Source: Bispira polyomma (lineage: Eukaryota). From it: a stretch of DNA of 64,000 bases. Both the position numbers and the translations under genes were made by a program. The stretch spans positions 7,750,001 to 7,814,000 of the forward strand of contig OZ287756.1 in assembly GCA_965649765.1 (NCBI GenBank), read 5' to 3'. This document shows positions 36,907-50,800 of this stretch, piece after piece. How positions within the stretch are numbered: position 1 is the first letter of the stretch; each line of letters begins with the position of its first letter. The notes below the pieces were generated by a model. It did not search any database. It was not told the origin of the DNA and worked only from the letters and a program-made list of their open reading frames with translations.

Positions 36907-38050
36907 ATAATATTGTAGATTTGGACAACATCCCAAGCATCCCAGATTTATCAGTTTATTTATACAATGACAAACTTAGTTCTTGACTCAATTCAACATC
37001 AAAGACCCAATCTACAGCCTCTACAGAGTCACCACTCACCAACACCTCCCAGTTGCTTCAACTACTGACTGTTTATACATGCTCCAGCTTACGGCAGCGT
37101 TATGCTTCTTACAAGGTTCAGATACCTCACTTAGCCTAGCAGGTCAATCACACAGTCTGTAACAGCTGCGACTGCTGCAAAGCCCTCGAAGGTTTTAAAG
37201 AAGCCCATAGGGGGAGCTGTGGTACATTGATAGAGTATTGAAGATGAACATTCAGTTAAGTTGTATAACAAATAATGTGTCTAAAGAACTTGATGGTGCT
37301 GTAGTAGTTGAATATTTGTTGTCCCCACAATGTTGTAAGGGAAATTTGTCATCTACACAGTTTACACTCCACAAACCATGTATAATGTACTGAAGGTTTA
37401 TTTATTAACTCGTTAGTTGATTCATAACAGGTAATTATATGCTTTAATAAATGGCTAAAATAACATTTTGCTCCTGCAGTACAGGTGACAAAGTTTTCTG
37501 AAAATTTCAGTCGGGTTATTAGTGATGCTCTATTGGGTCAATCTGCTCTGGCCCGCAAATTGCAACAACAAGGCCAGTTGTTCTGTTAGGCAAATGACTA
37601 AGTGTTATCTAAACCTAAAGTATCCAGAAGCAAAGGCCAAAGACAGGCAAGATTATCACAATAGCTGCTTTGTCAAAGCCGCTTTTGTGGCCCTTATTCA
37701 CTGTCTTTGTGATCAGGAAAGCGATAAAGAGATATATTTTAATGTAAACGTGTGAGATGTCCTTAAGGTGATTCCTATAATCCTAAGGAAATAGGTGTAC
37801 CAAGCAGAACAGGTACCTATTTAGAATGGCAGAGTAGCTGAATTGGTCAGGTCTGCAAGTAATTATCAAAGTAAGGTGCACTCTAAAAGAAAAGAAATCT
37901 TAAAAGCTCAATTAACCCATTTGAGGCTGCTGATTGTCAGAATTATGAAATTGGGTACACTGAATGTTGCAGACATTACTTCTGCAAAATGTGTTCCTCA
38001 GACTTTTTATCCAAATCAGCCATGCTAAGTCCTTCACTTTTACCTTAAAT

Positions 38051-38467
38051 ATGGCTCTTTTACTGAGGTCATCTATGTTACTAAACGTGTCTCTAAATCA
38101 GGAAAACTAATCACTGATGATGGCACCGTTGCCCTACCATGGCCAAACTTAGACAAAAGCCGATGGATGACCAATGATGACATATATAGATTTAACTAAC
38201 TATTTCATTTTTAGCAACATTATCCTACCTGGTGAATACCAAGCCGCGGATGTTTTAAGAGCAGCAGTTTATCTTCAACTGACAGATTACCACCTTTACA
38301 TTAATTTACTAAGATCTCTACATATCAATCCCCATCAATGGGCTAATGATTTGTATATTTCCTTTTACCACTGGCAACATATTGACTATGACTTAATCAT
38401 ATATTTAGACAAGGTCACACAGGATAAATATAACATAGCATTTATGAACTACCACTTCGATTTCTAG
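38051..38467 (+). pseudogene. BTB/SKP1-like small ORF, family 2 (second copy ~54928-55175)
   Basis: GKLITDDGTVALPWPNLDKSRWM, then after a frameshift ILPGEYQAADVLRAAVYLQLTD. Resembles the SKP1/BTB-fold first strand (LxSxDG) and last helix (LLxAAxYL). Confidence 0.35.
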
Positions 38468-38700
38468 CTTTGGACCAGTCTTCAACAAAAATGCAGGACT
38501 TTGAAGGCACTAAGGAACTTTATGCTTCAGTATCATTCACAAAAGTATGTTATAACTTAATCATATATCTAGATAAGGTCACACAGGATAAATATAACAT
38601 AGACACTTATGAACTACCACTTCGATTTCTAGCTTTGGACCAGTCAACAAAAATGCAGGACTTTGAAGGAACTTTATGCTTCAGTATCATTCACAAAATT
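38391..38700 (+). repeat. Local tandem duplication, period ~164 bp
   Basis: acttaatcatatat.taga.aaggtcacacagg occurs at 38391 and 38555. Confidence 0.85.
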
Positions 38701-38759
38701 ACGTTATCGGCTCTACAGCAAGCCACTGACACCAAACGTTCAGCAAAAGATATGCTTCG

Positions 38760-39150
38760 GTGAATCTTGATCTTGTTCAGGGACATTTCCCCAAATTCAA
38801 TTTTCTGGGCTTTATGAAGCATGTTTCCACCATTCCTTTGTGCACTTCTGTAAATGTGACCACCACCCTAACAACAAGTATGACACTAATGACGGACTCA
38901 CAACAAATTTTAGAATACCATCTTTAGCACTTTTTTGTTTTGCCTAATCGTTCCACCCTAATACAACATTTTGACGCGCTGACTGGACATATTTTTATGG
39001 TTTGTCATGCCTGTCACATGTATATAACTTCAGTATGTTTGCCAGCTGTTTTACTTGTTATATTTCTTTATTTATCCTTGTCTCATTGTTTGATTATCTA
39101 AGGAACTTATTCTGACTATGATAATATTATGTGGGGAATAGGTTTCTCAT
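38760..39150 (+). repeat. Module duplicated at ~52909-53300
   Basis: tgaatcttgatct.gttcag.gacatttccc...ggggaataggtttctc is shared. Confidence 0.85.
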
Positions 39151-39627
39151 GCCAGTACAAACACATGCGTCACATTGTTACTTTTTTTTTTTTTATTATT
39201 AATTTACAGCAGGAAAAGTGCTGCCTCCTCCCATCGGGGGAGCAGTACCAGAAGGTGTGCCTTGGTAAGTTGCAAGAATGAAGTAATATAACAGTTATGA
39301 ATTACAAGACTTGTTTCATGTACATACATGTAGTATACATGTAGGATACCAAAGTGTGTAAAATGCTGAATATATCGCCAACAAAATAAATTCTCTATGT
39401 TACCGAATGGCGAAGGCTGGGAAAATTAGACTTATATTTTACCGACTACAAATAAATTACATATACGCATACATTATGTTTGTATATGGATACCTTTAGA
39501 ATATAAGCTGTTTGTGAGGGCCTATGACCTATTTACTATGCCAAGTAAGTAATATATGTTGGGGGTTCTAGTATAGAACTAATTGCCAACGACCGTGAAT
39601 TAAAAGTAAATTTTATAACCATGACAT

Positions 39628-42600
39628 CATGGTTCAAGTTACAGCGTTAATTAAATTACACACACAGAATCATTAATCATATATCCAGTATTAGTTTCCA
39701 ATATCTACACAAAGAATCACCCAGTATCCATTCAATATTTGGCTTGTCCTTTCACACTAACAAAACAAATGTTCACAAAATCAGCCATTTGCAATATGTT
39801 AATGAGCAGTACATACTACACCCTGAAATATCACTCAGAACCGGAATGGACTCGGAAAAAACACTGTTGGGGAAAAAAACGCCCTAGAGATATTATAGTG
39901 CTTAGGAAGCCAAATTATATTAAAACCTCATTATCCTTGAATCAGAATGGATCTTCTAAAAATGACATTGTGAAAATTTCAATGTGGTTACAGAGCTGTA
40001 ACTATATGAATACTCCAACTAAAATTTTCATTTAGGTATCACCAAAAACCTCTTGTTATATAACTTTTGATAGATTTCACTAATTTTAAATCAAATGATT
40101 AAACAGGTATGTCCGATGTAACAAATATATTACCTCTTATGTGACCTATCTTTTTGGGGTACTTTCAGACAGTGAAGGCATTGCTATCAATTTAAGTATA
40201 AGTAAAAACAAGAAATATTTTTTATTCAATGATAAATGTATGCTAAAACCCATTTTGTACTTTAATTACCAGAAGGATTATATGATAAATTACAGACAAG
40301 ATACAATTAAAATGTAATAATAGAATATTATTTCAGTTCCATTATTCATTCCAAGATTAAAATGTGTACATGATTATTTTTTTAATTGATTATTTTTTAA
40401 TTGATTATTTTTTTAAATGATTAGTATAGGAGTGAGACAACAAGTACAGATGGGGTATTAATAAAATAAGCGCCTCCACCATTTAAATGTAGCTTGTATA
40501 TTTTTTACACCATGCATAGTGCACAACACAATATTTACCACAAAGGAAAAAATATAAATAATAGACATAACTTAGTATTCACTTTACAGATTGTTCCATA
40601 AGATCTGTTCTATTGGTGTTTTGTTTTTGTTGTAGTCAGTGCAACCTAAAAGTACAATTTAAAGGTGCAGGTAAGTGTAATTTGTAGGGTTCTATTTTAA
40701 TGCTAACTAATATAAAACAAATATCAACAAACCCATATAATACCTTATGTTGTTTCAAGCTCTAGCTAACACTGTATACAAATTATGCCAGTTAGTATAG
40801 TTTTTGCATTGCTTGAAACGTATTGCAGGTATACGACCATATGAGTGGTACACTGAAACTATTTTAGTTTGCAGGGTATTTTCCTTAAATTTTAAATGGT
40901 GTGAGTGTGTGAACGGAACCGAGCATGAGTGATAATCGCGAACATGATGGATATATATATATATATATATATATAGAAAATTGTGATGTATGGTTTTGGA
41001 TTTTCATGTATATAAGAGTATCCACAGATTTGTGTTAGTTATCAGTGGATTGATGTTTAAATAGGGTTTGTGGGTTGCTAGATTTACTGGGTGTCGGAAA
41101 TTACAAAAATGCAACCTCCTGAACATTCTGTACAAAAGTGGATTTCTTGCAATGTTTTTATAAAACAACTGCCAATGATAATATATATATAAATACAATT
41201 GTTTATTGATAACAAAAGTTTCCACCCCTTCTACTTTCAGTTCTAAAATATTGGTGGGCATTGGTCCACCAGGAGGGTAAGTTTTTTTTTGTTTTTCAGA
41301 AACATTACATGATTGTAAAGAATATACAAATATAGCAATACAAAGTAACTACAGAGTTCCCTACATAAAAGCCAGCAATATAGGTGGAATTGAAACACAC
41401 CTCGACATGTAAAACAAGTGTCTTCAGGGAGGGTATTTAATGGATCTTCTACTTAAAAATGGGTTCATAAATAATATCCTTGTTTATGATGATGCAGTGA
41501 AATTTTCTATCTTTCTACTTTCAGGTTACAGTTGTAAACCCCCAACACCCACTCAAAAAGAGTAAGTTACAAAATAACCACTTAAAGCAAAGAGTACAAG
41601 TTGTAATATTAAAAAAAACTAAAATGTTTCTCAGTTTGTAAATGGATTGTAGGAAAAATCTTAGTTCATGAAAACTTTTCTTTCTGAAAAAGTAAGTTCC
41701 AAAATAATAACTCAAAGCCAAGTGTACAGGTTATATTAAAAATGGCATAATGTTTCTCAGACGTAATGCAAGCTCAGAAGTTTTATAAATGGATTGTGAA
41801 AAAAAAAAAACTTTAAAAATTGTCTTCTGCTCTTTTTATATTACAGAGTGAAAAACCTTTAAAAAAAGATAGGCAAAAACAACGAAGGTAATTATTGCAA
41901 GATTACATGTCTTTTTTATTTATGTTAAAATCTAAACATACTCATTCTTCAGGGAAAATTACAAGTACAATATATGTATATGTATATCTTGTATGATAAG
42001 ACTAAAAGGAGTTGTTGGTATCTTGTGTAATATATATCAAATAAAAATTCATTCAAACAGTACTATTTTGAAATTTTTTAATGAAAGACACATTTAAAAC
42101 TTTTTAACATTTATATAATATATATAATTAAACATTTGTTGTCATTTGTTTTTCAGCCCTCCCCCCTAAAAAAACACAATTTGGCAATGTTGTTTAGTTT
42201 TATAAAATTAACTTTTCAAAAGATAGATACAACAAAAATTTATAATAAAAGACACATGAATTAAATGAAACTTGGAATGGGAACAGATCTAACCACTCAG
42301 ATTCTCTTGCATGCCTCTCCCTCGTTGGAACAGCTTTGCATTGAATTAGGGGAAGTTGTTCGCCCCCGAGGAAAAAAAACAACACAATGTCATCCACAAC
42401 TACATTATACAGTAAAACCTTTACCATCTGAACTTCGGTTATTATACATATTATACAATACAACCTACATTATTCAAAACCTCTATTATCCAAACGTCTG
42501 TTACTATACAAAAAACCTCTATTATCTAAACTTCTGTTACTTTAACATAGAAACTATATTATTTGAAATTGTTATTATGCAGTAGAACCTTTATTATCTC

Positions 42601-42945
42601 CCTGCATTATTCAAATTTATGTTATTATCTGAACCCCTAATTCAATGAAAAGTAGTACGAACGAAATGTGGGTTTGGTTGGAGCTGTTAGCATTACCACT
42701 TTCTTTAAACCTGTTGACCTTATTTTGTTTTTTCTGTGTCGAACTCAAATTCAAAATTATTATGGGCAAAGAGTCCACTCGGTATCCATTGGGTGTTTCA
42801 AATGAAAAACATACCTAAGAATGGCTCAACAGGTTGTAAACAAGAAAAGTCATCTTTGTGGCATAAGGTGTGTTGCAAATACATAGGTAAAAATGGGTCA
42901 AAGGGAATAACGAGTATGAAAAACTAGACTAAGCTTAAAAAAGTT
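39628..42945 (-). repeat. Inverted copy of 1152-3854 with an extra ~600-bp segment (~41278-41871)
   Basis: The first copy is contiguous across ccacccagaggg/caaaaacaacgaagg; this copy is split at that point. Confidence 0.9.
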
Positions 42946-44789
42946 TTTTCTGGGAGGGGGTGTGTGCTCAAAGGGACATAGCCCTGAGGAGGGTCTGTGC
43001 TTAAAGTTAGGTTTATTATTACTACTGAGGTTTTGGGGTGCCGAAGTCCAATGAAGAGAAGGTTATTTGTAAGTATATATAATTTTATGTAGTTATAAGT
43101 AAAGTGAAGCAATCAAATTTAGTAGTGAATATTTCCGAGTTTCAAGTAGAGTGTAGGTGATAAGTTGAATAATGGTAGTTTTCCTTGATACAGTTTTAAG
43201 TAGAATGGGTAAAGCTGAGGCCATAAGTCGCATAATGTCAAGTAAATATTTTATCAATGATTTAATTATATGAAACTATATTGATGTTTCATCCTCTAAT
43301 GCACTTATTCTCCAAAAGGGATAGTCCTACAAGATCAGCAGAACAAATCCGGCGGTGGAAATCTAAGCGGGGAGCTTCTGATAAAAGAGAATCTAAGTCT
43401 ATAAAACAGTAGGCAACGGGAAAACAAGTGTTGAGTTATGGTAGTTTTCTTTCTTAACATTGAAGTGTTTTAAAAGGTTTTATATGCGTCTATAGGAATG
43501 TCCGATTAAATTTCAGGACAAAGCACAGTATGCAAAGGGCAACCAGGAATAAGACAATGAAAGAATAAAGAATTATTAGTTGATCAAAAAAACGGTTATT
43601 TGTTGAAGGTAAAATTTTATTGGAAACATTTAGAGGGGGTTGGGGGGGGAGGTATTGTGAATGGAAATAAAATGGAAATAAAAAAGTTCTCTAAAAATTC
43701 ATAATGCTTTTTTTTATAATGCTTTTTTTTTTATAAAAGTATTATTTTTTTAATTTAATTACGATGAATTTATTTCACTGCATTATTATATAAAATATTA
43801 TACAAGAATTAATGTCCATTATTTTTCAAAAAAAAGTGTCCAAATGATTGACATAACAAGGTACATTTCATCTACAGCTTTGCTTTTGATGATCCCATCC
43901 CGGGGAATGAACTTCTTCAAAATAACAACTTCCCCTTATCTTCCCTGTAGATCCACTGTTGACGACCTTGTGTTTCGACTTTCCACTAGATTTTAGGGGC
44001 ATTTCTAATAACAAAAATTGGTGATGATAATAATAATTTGTTGCATATTTCCAGCTACCCTGAATTACACTCAGTCAAAATGAGTAGCAGGCAACAATCA
44101 CAAAGTATGAAGATGATGTCAAGGTGCGACAACATATGACAAGGAAAATCATAATATCATTCATCTGCTCAGACAAACACCCATCAATTTACTCAATTAT
44201 TATTGGCCTAATCTTGTCCCAAATAGCTTCAATCACCCACCCTTTCTTGTATAGAGAAGGTGAAATGAGGAGATCCTGGACATTCAGGTTTTTTGGATTT
44301 GGATATAAGGACTTTTGGGATTTAAATTTTAATGTTGGACTGTGGTAAAGGTTTTATAGGCATCTGTATGAATGTCCGATTAAATTTCAGGAGGAGTCCA
44401 CAATAGAGTGGGAGTATGAGAGCAATAAAGAAAATGAGTGTCCCCCTGTGGTGTGTTCAACACCGAAGTACAGCCAGTTTGACAAAAAAAAAGAGAATAA
44501 CATTATTTACGAAGAAATTTTATTTGAAGCAAGAATGACATTAATTAATTGAGGGCAAAAATTGATTTGAAATTTGTGCGAGGTGGGGTATCGTGAAAAT
44601 AAAATGGAAATAAAATGTATCTAAAAATTCATATTGCTTTTATTTGTCAAATTATTATTCTAATCTTTCAATTTAATTACAATTATCATAAATAGCATAC
44701 AAGAAATAATGTCCATTATTTTTCCAAAAGAAGTGTCCAAAAGATGACACAACAAGATTAGTGTCCACAATAAAATCCGGCTTCTCTTC

Positions 44790-44875
44790 ATAAAAAGTGG
44801 CAAAAGAAGCCACCATAAAAAGTGTCAAAAGAAGCCACTATAAAAAGTTTTAAAAAAGCCATTCTAAAAAGTGGT
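44790..44875. repeat. Short ~25-bp tandem repeat
   Basis: ATAAAAAGTG.CAAAAGAAGCCAC, about 3.5 units. Confidence 0.7.
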
Positions 44876-45216
44876 AGTGGGATTGATTGATAAGTCTAAA
44901 TGAGAAAAAAATCAATAAAAAGCCATCAAAGCAGTGTTTTAAATATAATAAAATTTTAGTCCTAAAAAGAGGACGAAGAGGAAGGGGGTGGGGGCAGTAT
45001 ATAAGATATAGAGGTATATAAAATGGGTCTTGTTTTTAAGAGTTCATCATATTTAGTCAGTTTCAAAATGTTTTTCTAAATAATGTGTGCTTTACTTGTA
45101 ATTGGCAATGCCAAGAATACTTGGTGGTGTAATGATAAGTGCGTGTGTGAAGATAAAAAGTGAGTGTTACATTGTAGAGAGATTAAATTCGGAGATGATT
45201 TTTTGAAATGTCTTCA

Positions 45217-45363
45217 GTGGCCCAGTGGTTAGCAAGTTTGGCATCTAATCACAGGCTGTCACCTCTGTGTGGGTTTACTTCCCACAAGTGACAAATGCTG
45301 TGGGCCTGTCCCAATATGATCCTGTCTGTTAAACGGGACGTAAAACCTTAAACTTTGACTTTG
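45217..45363 (+). mobile_element. Short tRNA-derived SINE
   Basis: GTGGCCCAGTGGTTAG (A box), degenerate B box GGGTTTACTTCCC, 3' CTGTTAAACGGGACGTAAAACC and an (ACTTTG)n tail. Confidence 0.7.
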
Positions 45364-45939
45364 AGATGACTTTTTTGATGTTGAAGAACCAATTGTATAT
45401 TGTGGATAAGATAATTAAAGTCAGTGGCATCACAAAAGTATGTTTCAAATTGAAATTGTTGAAAATGACCCAGTGTGATGCAATTGACTGCGATGCAAGC
45501 TATATTTTGACAGTGATTGGATGTGTTGGAAGCAGTACCAGTAAAATTACAAGTGAGAAGCACTTAAATTAGTACTATTTCAAGCAGTGCAATACCCGCT
45601 TTTAAAAATGTGGAAATTATATTATCCTTTGTAAGCATTGGTGTAAAATTATGTGTATGTACTGCAATAGTTGTGATAGTAAAGAGAAGAAGAGAAAGGG
45701 TGTTACGCAGGAGCATCAATGTTTTTGAACAAATGTGGATGGACCAGGGATTCAAAATGTTTGAAAGTAAATGTTATTTATGAAATATGTAATATGGTAT
45801 GGCATATGGGTTCAATTGTTATGTAATGAATGGGACAATAGCAACGGTAAATTTGAAAGAAATATTAGCTTAGAAAGTGTGATGCAAATGTATAATGTAG
45901 TTCTTTTAAATACTAAAAATTCCCTCATTGTAGATACAA

Positions 45940-46845
45940 GATTGATTAGTTAAAATTTTAACGTCGCTTTCAACATCTATATGTCATATAGCGACAAACA
46001 TAATAGTAAAAACGAAATAAATTACTTAAGCTAAAGACAGTTTATTTGTACAAAAACAGGACTATAAGGCTAAAACAAATACATTATATATGGAATAAAG
46101 TACTTAATTAACAAGAATAAACACAAATAAATGAAAGAGAAAAGGCAAAATAAAGCTTATTTGACCAGAAAGAATCAAAAGATTAGAATCAGAAGAATTT
46201 ACTTAACTAAAACTTAAAAAACAGACCTACATCTTTTAAATAGTGTAATATTTGAAAAACATTGACACAAAATAGATCAGTAAAATTATTTAGATGAAAT
46301 TATTTGCAACCAATGTGATTAAAGTCCATATCAATGCAACAAAATGTGCCCAACAGGAAAAGGACAATGGCAGGAAATGCACCAGAGCTGTTCATCGTTT
46401 TGCAAGAAATAATAATGAGTAAGATAAGTATGTCCTATCTTTGCTCTTGTCAAAACGATTTCCTCTCTGCGTGACAATCCCGTCCAGCAGTAAAAATCAC
46501 AAACAGTAGGATTTACTTCAAAGAGCTTGTTAGTAGAACATGCATTCTACTAAGCTTGCCATTTTTGTTTAAAACATTATTTACATTGACTTTGAAGTCA
46601 GTAAAGGGGAATTTCAAGTCGAAAACATTAAAATTCAAAGTTGTTTGGCAAGTTCCTCTGCCTTCTCATTGCCCTTAATGCCAACATGACTTGGAAACCA
46701 AGCTAAAACAACTCTCTTATTCACTGACAGACATTGGTTAAAAAGTTGCAAAATATCCTGTATAAAGGGATGATTGCAGTTAGAAGCATGAATACCTTGA
46801 AGACTAGATAATGAGTCAGTGAATATAATAAAACGATCCCATCAC
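45940..46845 (-). mobile_element. 5'-truncated I/Nimb-clade LINE: RNase H, C-terminal Zn knuckle, 3'UTR
   Basis: FIIFTDSLSSLQGI...VVLAWFPSHVGIKGNEKAEELAK and LSRREEIVLTRAKIGHTYLTH...CISCHCPFPVGHILL. The 3' end reads GTCGCTATATGAC..TAGATGTTGAAAGCGACGTTAAA..AATCAATC. Confidence 0.88.
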
Positions 46846-46849
46846 AGTT

Positions 46850-47870
46850 TTTACGAGATTGAATGCCATTTTCAGAGCCTGCAGCACCCCAAGCAAAGAA
46901 TCCAGACGAGATGCTAAAGCATGTAACTTCGGATCAGTTTAAAGGTCAATACAACAGTAATGGTGATGAAGGTGATAGCAAGCAGATGGAGATACAGGTA
47001 ATGGGAGGTTTTTGGTTGAATGAGTATTCGAAAACTGACTTGAAAATATTACAAAGTGAAGATCCTGACCTGTTCCCATTGCTCAATTGGTTGAAGTCAG
47101 AGAAAGGCAAACCATCGAGGGATCAAGTTGCAGTTGAAAGGCCAGCTGTTAGAAATGTTTGGCTACAATGGGACTAACTGATCCTTGACGAGAGTTTTGA
47201 GAAATTGGCACAGTACTAAAAAGAAAGTTCTGCCCTGCTTTTAGCAAGTAGCGCCAAAATCACTTCAATACACTGTATTAAAATCTTAACAATGATATTA
47301 CTGCAGGACACTTGGGTGTGAAAAAGACAATTATTGGTACAAGTTTAAAACGTTGTTAGACTGTATTTGGAATTGAACAGTTTGTGGGGCCAGGAAATCA
47401 CCTAACAGAAAGCAGAGGAACCAAGTAAGCTACCCAATGGACCGGGAAGCGACTGATATATTGAGACCCTTTCCAGTCAGAAACTGGAAATAGATACATC
47501 TTGTTGGTGGGTGACACCATATCTGGTAGAAGCTTATGCAATACCTGAGGTCTAAGCAAAAACAGTAGCTAAAAAATTTGAGTTTTTCTCCAGACAGCCT
47601 GAGATAATTATTTAAACATGTTAACTGCAGCATATGCAAGTTGTGTACATGAAAAGACTGGTTATACACCTGATTTGCTGATGCTAGGTAGAGAAGTTAA
47701 TTTACCCATAGAATTTGCACTTCTAAAGTAGGAAACCTTGTTTATTTTCATGTCAGTAAACAAAACATTAGAAAAAGTTCAAAATTGAAGCCAGATGTAT
47801 GGACAGGTGTGTTGTTAGGCTAAGTCCAAAGTTCTACAGTTTGACACATTAAAACCATACACCAGTGAAA
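46850..47870 (+). mobile_element. Abridged Gypsy integrase remnant (family A)
   Basis: LQSEDPDLFPLLNWLK...PSRDQV...VRNVWLQWD, DITAGHLGVKKT, YPMDR.ATDIL.PFP...GNRYILLVG, EAYAIP, TGYTPDLLMLGREVNLP. Many deletions and stops. Confidence 0.8.
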
Positions 47871-50800
47871 CTGTCCCGGAAATGGTCACTAAACTAAAAA
47901 ATAGTACTGATCCAGATAACCAGGCTAATGTTGAGATACTACCAACAGCAACCCAGACGTTGTGCAAGTCAAGGCAGAAAAGTTCAACAAGACCATCTTC
48001 CAAAAATTAGGCCAAAGATCCCAAGGACAGTAAACAACAAATAACTACTGAAAATAAGTCAAAGACAAAAACAGAAACCTGATAGGCTTAGTTTCTAGGA
48101 ATAAATTTAACTGCTGACCTTAATTTTTTTTAAATTGTACACTGGGACACCTTGCCTGTTTTTCTTTTTTTTAAAGTAGAGCATGCTCAGTTCAGCCTCT
48201 GATCCAGTGAACTTTTGAGACTAAATTTGCAATTTAAAAGCAGCTTAATTCAGTCACAATCTGAACAGTTTAATTGTGTAAAATAAGTCAAAAAGGAATA
48301 GTTTATCACATAGTATATCCCATCTACCATGGTTCTGTGGGAGTTTTGTATGCAGTATTTGCGAGGTGAAATTCGACTCAAATCTGAGACTTTATAACAT
48401 TGTGACACCAAAGCTCACAAATGCAGAGTGGATAGCAAAGATCCAGTAGATATTCTGCAGTTGAGAACAGTTTAAATAATCAGCAAGACGTTCAGTTCCC
48501 AGTGCAAACCGGGTTAAAGAAGGACCTAAGTGAGTGCCACAGTAAGGTAGAGGACCTACCATATCCTCCAGTGAAACCCTCCAAAGGGTATCGTTATAAG
48601 TCGCATCCAGTACATTCCACAGAGGACTTGAGATACCTGATGTCTAAAAGAACACATTTGATGAATACAAGCACATTCAGCAAATCTTGCCAAACAATGT
48701 AGTAACAGGTATGTTTAAAATTCGACAGCTGAAGCAAATAGTCACAAATGTGACATAAATTTAACTTTTTGCTTCTACACTCGATGAACTGCAAAAAATT
48801 CATACCTGGAAAATGTGTTGAAGTTATTAAACTGGTTTTAGTACTGGTTTTATAAATGATCAGCCCCAGAAGCTTGTGGGCAAGCCAGATATGTTTTTAT
48901 ATTCTTTAGATATACTTTCTGCGCCATATGCTTTAGATTGTGTTAATTCATTTTCTAGATCTCTCAATTTGTAACTCCAGGAATCATGGGAAGTCAATGG
49001 TTTGATTACAACTTTTCTATTATGTATGATGAAGAACATTTCAACATACAGCACCGTATTCAATCACTGCCTTTGCAACTTTCTGCAGATTCAACAAGTA
49101 CAGCTGGCATTTCAGTATCTGAGTTTCACCTGAATAATATGTTAATAGTGACCAATAGTTTTCTGCAGGATGAGATCTACAAGTTATCAGACGATGATAT
49201 CTAAAACTTCTCAGACCATGAGATTGACAACTTATTAGACCAAGCATCTGACATTAGTAATAGTCTTCCCGACCTACCTTGTGTTACACATATGGATAGT
49301 TCCCCACCAATGTCCCAAACTCCACCAACTAACAATACCCATTTCCTCGAGCATGGACCTCTAACTCTCCCCAAACTTGCTTGCACATATTTATGCTTTG
49401 TACAAACCAAAATTAAAGAGGATAGCTGTTTGATAATACCATCATATCTCTTCTAGGGCCGATGGGGACAACACTCTGACAGTTGCTGAATGAATAGCAA
49501 TATCCAACCCTTTGTGGTTGGCTGATGACCTTCGATTTGGACCATCCACATTCTTCAGTGGAGCAGGATCAATTCTCATGCCCCTACAGAATGTTCAGGA
49601 GCCCCAACATGAATCTCTGGCCAGTGTGTTCCTGGTGTTGGCCGAAACCTACTTATTTGCAAATGCTGCAATCTGGATCAAGTGCTTCAGCAATTGGTAC
49701 ACCTTCTGCCAGTGGCGGTTTTAATGCCCATCAATTTGATGACGATGACATTGACCTTAAACAGGTAATGAATATGTATTTTCAAGTGCCAGTGGAATAT
49801 TTTCCCATATCTTCACCATCTGTCACACCCTTTCAGATTGTCAACTACACATGACAGCACCAATTCATCATGTTACCATCATAACAGATCATGCAGTTTT
49901 AAAATGGATGCTCACCAAGAATGAACCTAGAGGATACATAGGAAGATGGGTTGCTTATATGCAACAATTTACTTGCACACCCACCTTTGAGGGTGAAGAC
50001 ATTACCACGAGGTGGACGAAACAACTAAGCAACTAGATGAACATCTTGATGCAGTTATTCTTCTAGCAAATAGTAGCGTTGAGATAAATGTTGCGCCACT
50101 CACCTTCAAGTGCTATCAAGAAAAGATACAATAGAAATGTAGACCCAGACCCATTCCAACCAGGTGAACTACGATTTTCTTCCCAGAAATGGTTAACTTT
50201 GTTAGAAGGGAACTTCTAACTAGAATGTTCTATGAACCTGCAACACTGATCAAAGTCTTTCTGCATTTCACTGTGAAGCTACACATCTTTGCTGAGCAGC
50301 TCCGCCATTAACAAAATTGGATATACACCACCTCCTAGCCCTAGGTATGTTTAAATAGCAAACATTCATTGAGGAATGACCATGAGCTATACAAATTTTA
50401 GTGGAAGGGTTAGCCCTACTGATTTAACCAACAGACTGACCATGAACTATACAAATTTTAGTGGAAGCCCTACTGACTTAACCAACCTTCCTTTTATTGA
50501 TTTCAACACAAAACGTTTCACCATACGGGATACTCCAACAGTGTCACCACAGAAACACGATGCTGAACCATATGCTTGTAGTTTTGCCAACACCCTACCA
50601 CCTAGACACCTGACTCAAAATCCAAAAAACCTCTGTATTCTGGCCAGTATCTTAACAGTACGTGCAATCAGTGTACAGCTATGAGCATTAGGATATTGAA
50701 AAATATATGAAAACTGTGTCTACTTTGATCCTATCCATATAAAAGATCCAAAACAGTTCAACATGAGGCCTTCATGTACTTTCTTCGCCAAAGATGTAAC

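Noticed and set aside
41278-41871. Merlin/IS1595-like transposase fragment (EWVLGVYN) in the insertion
   Set aside because: Single short motif with no further DDE motifs found.
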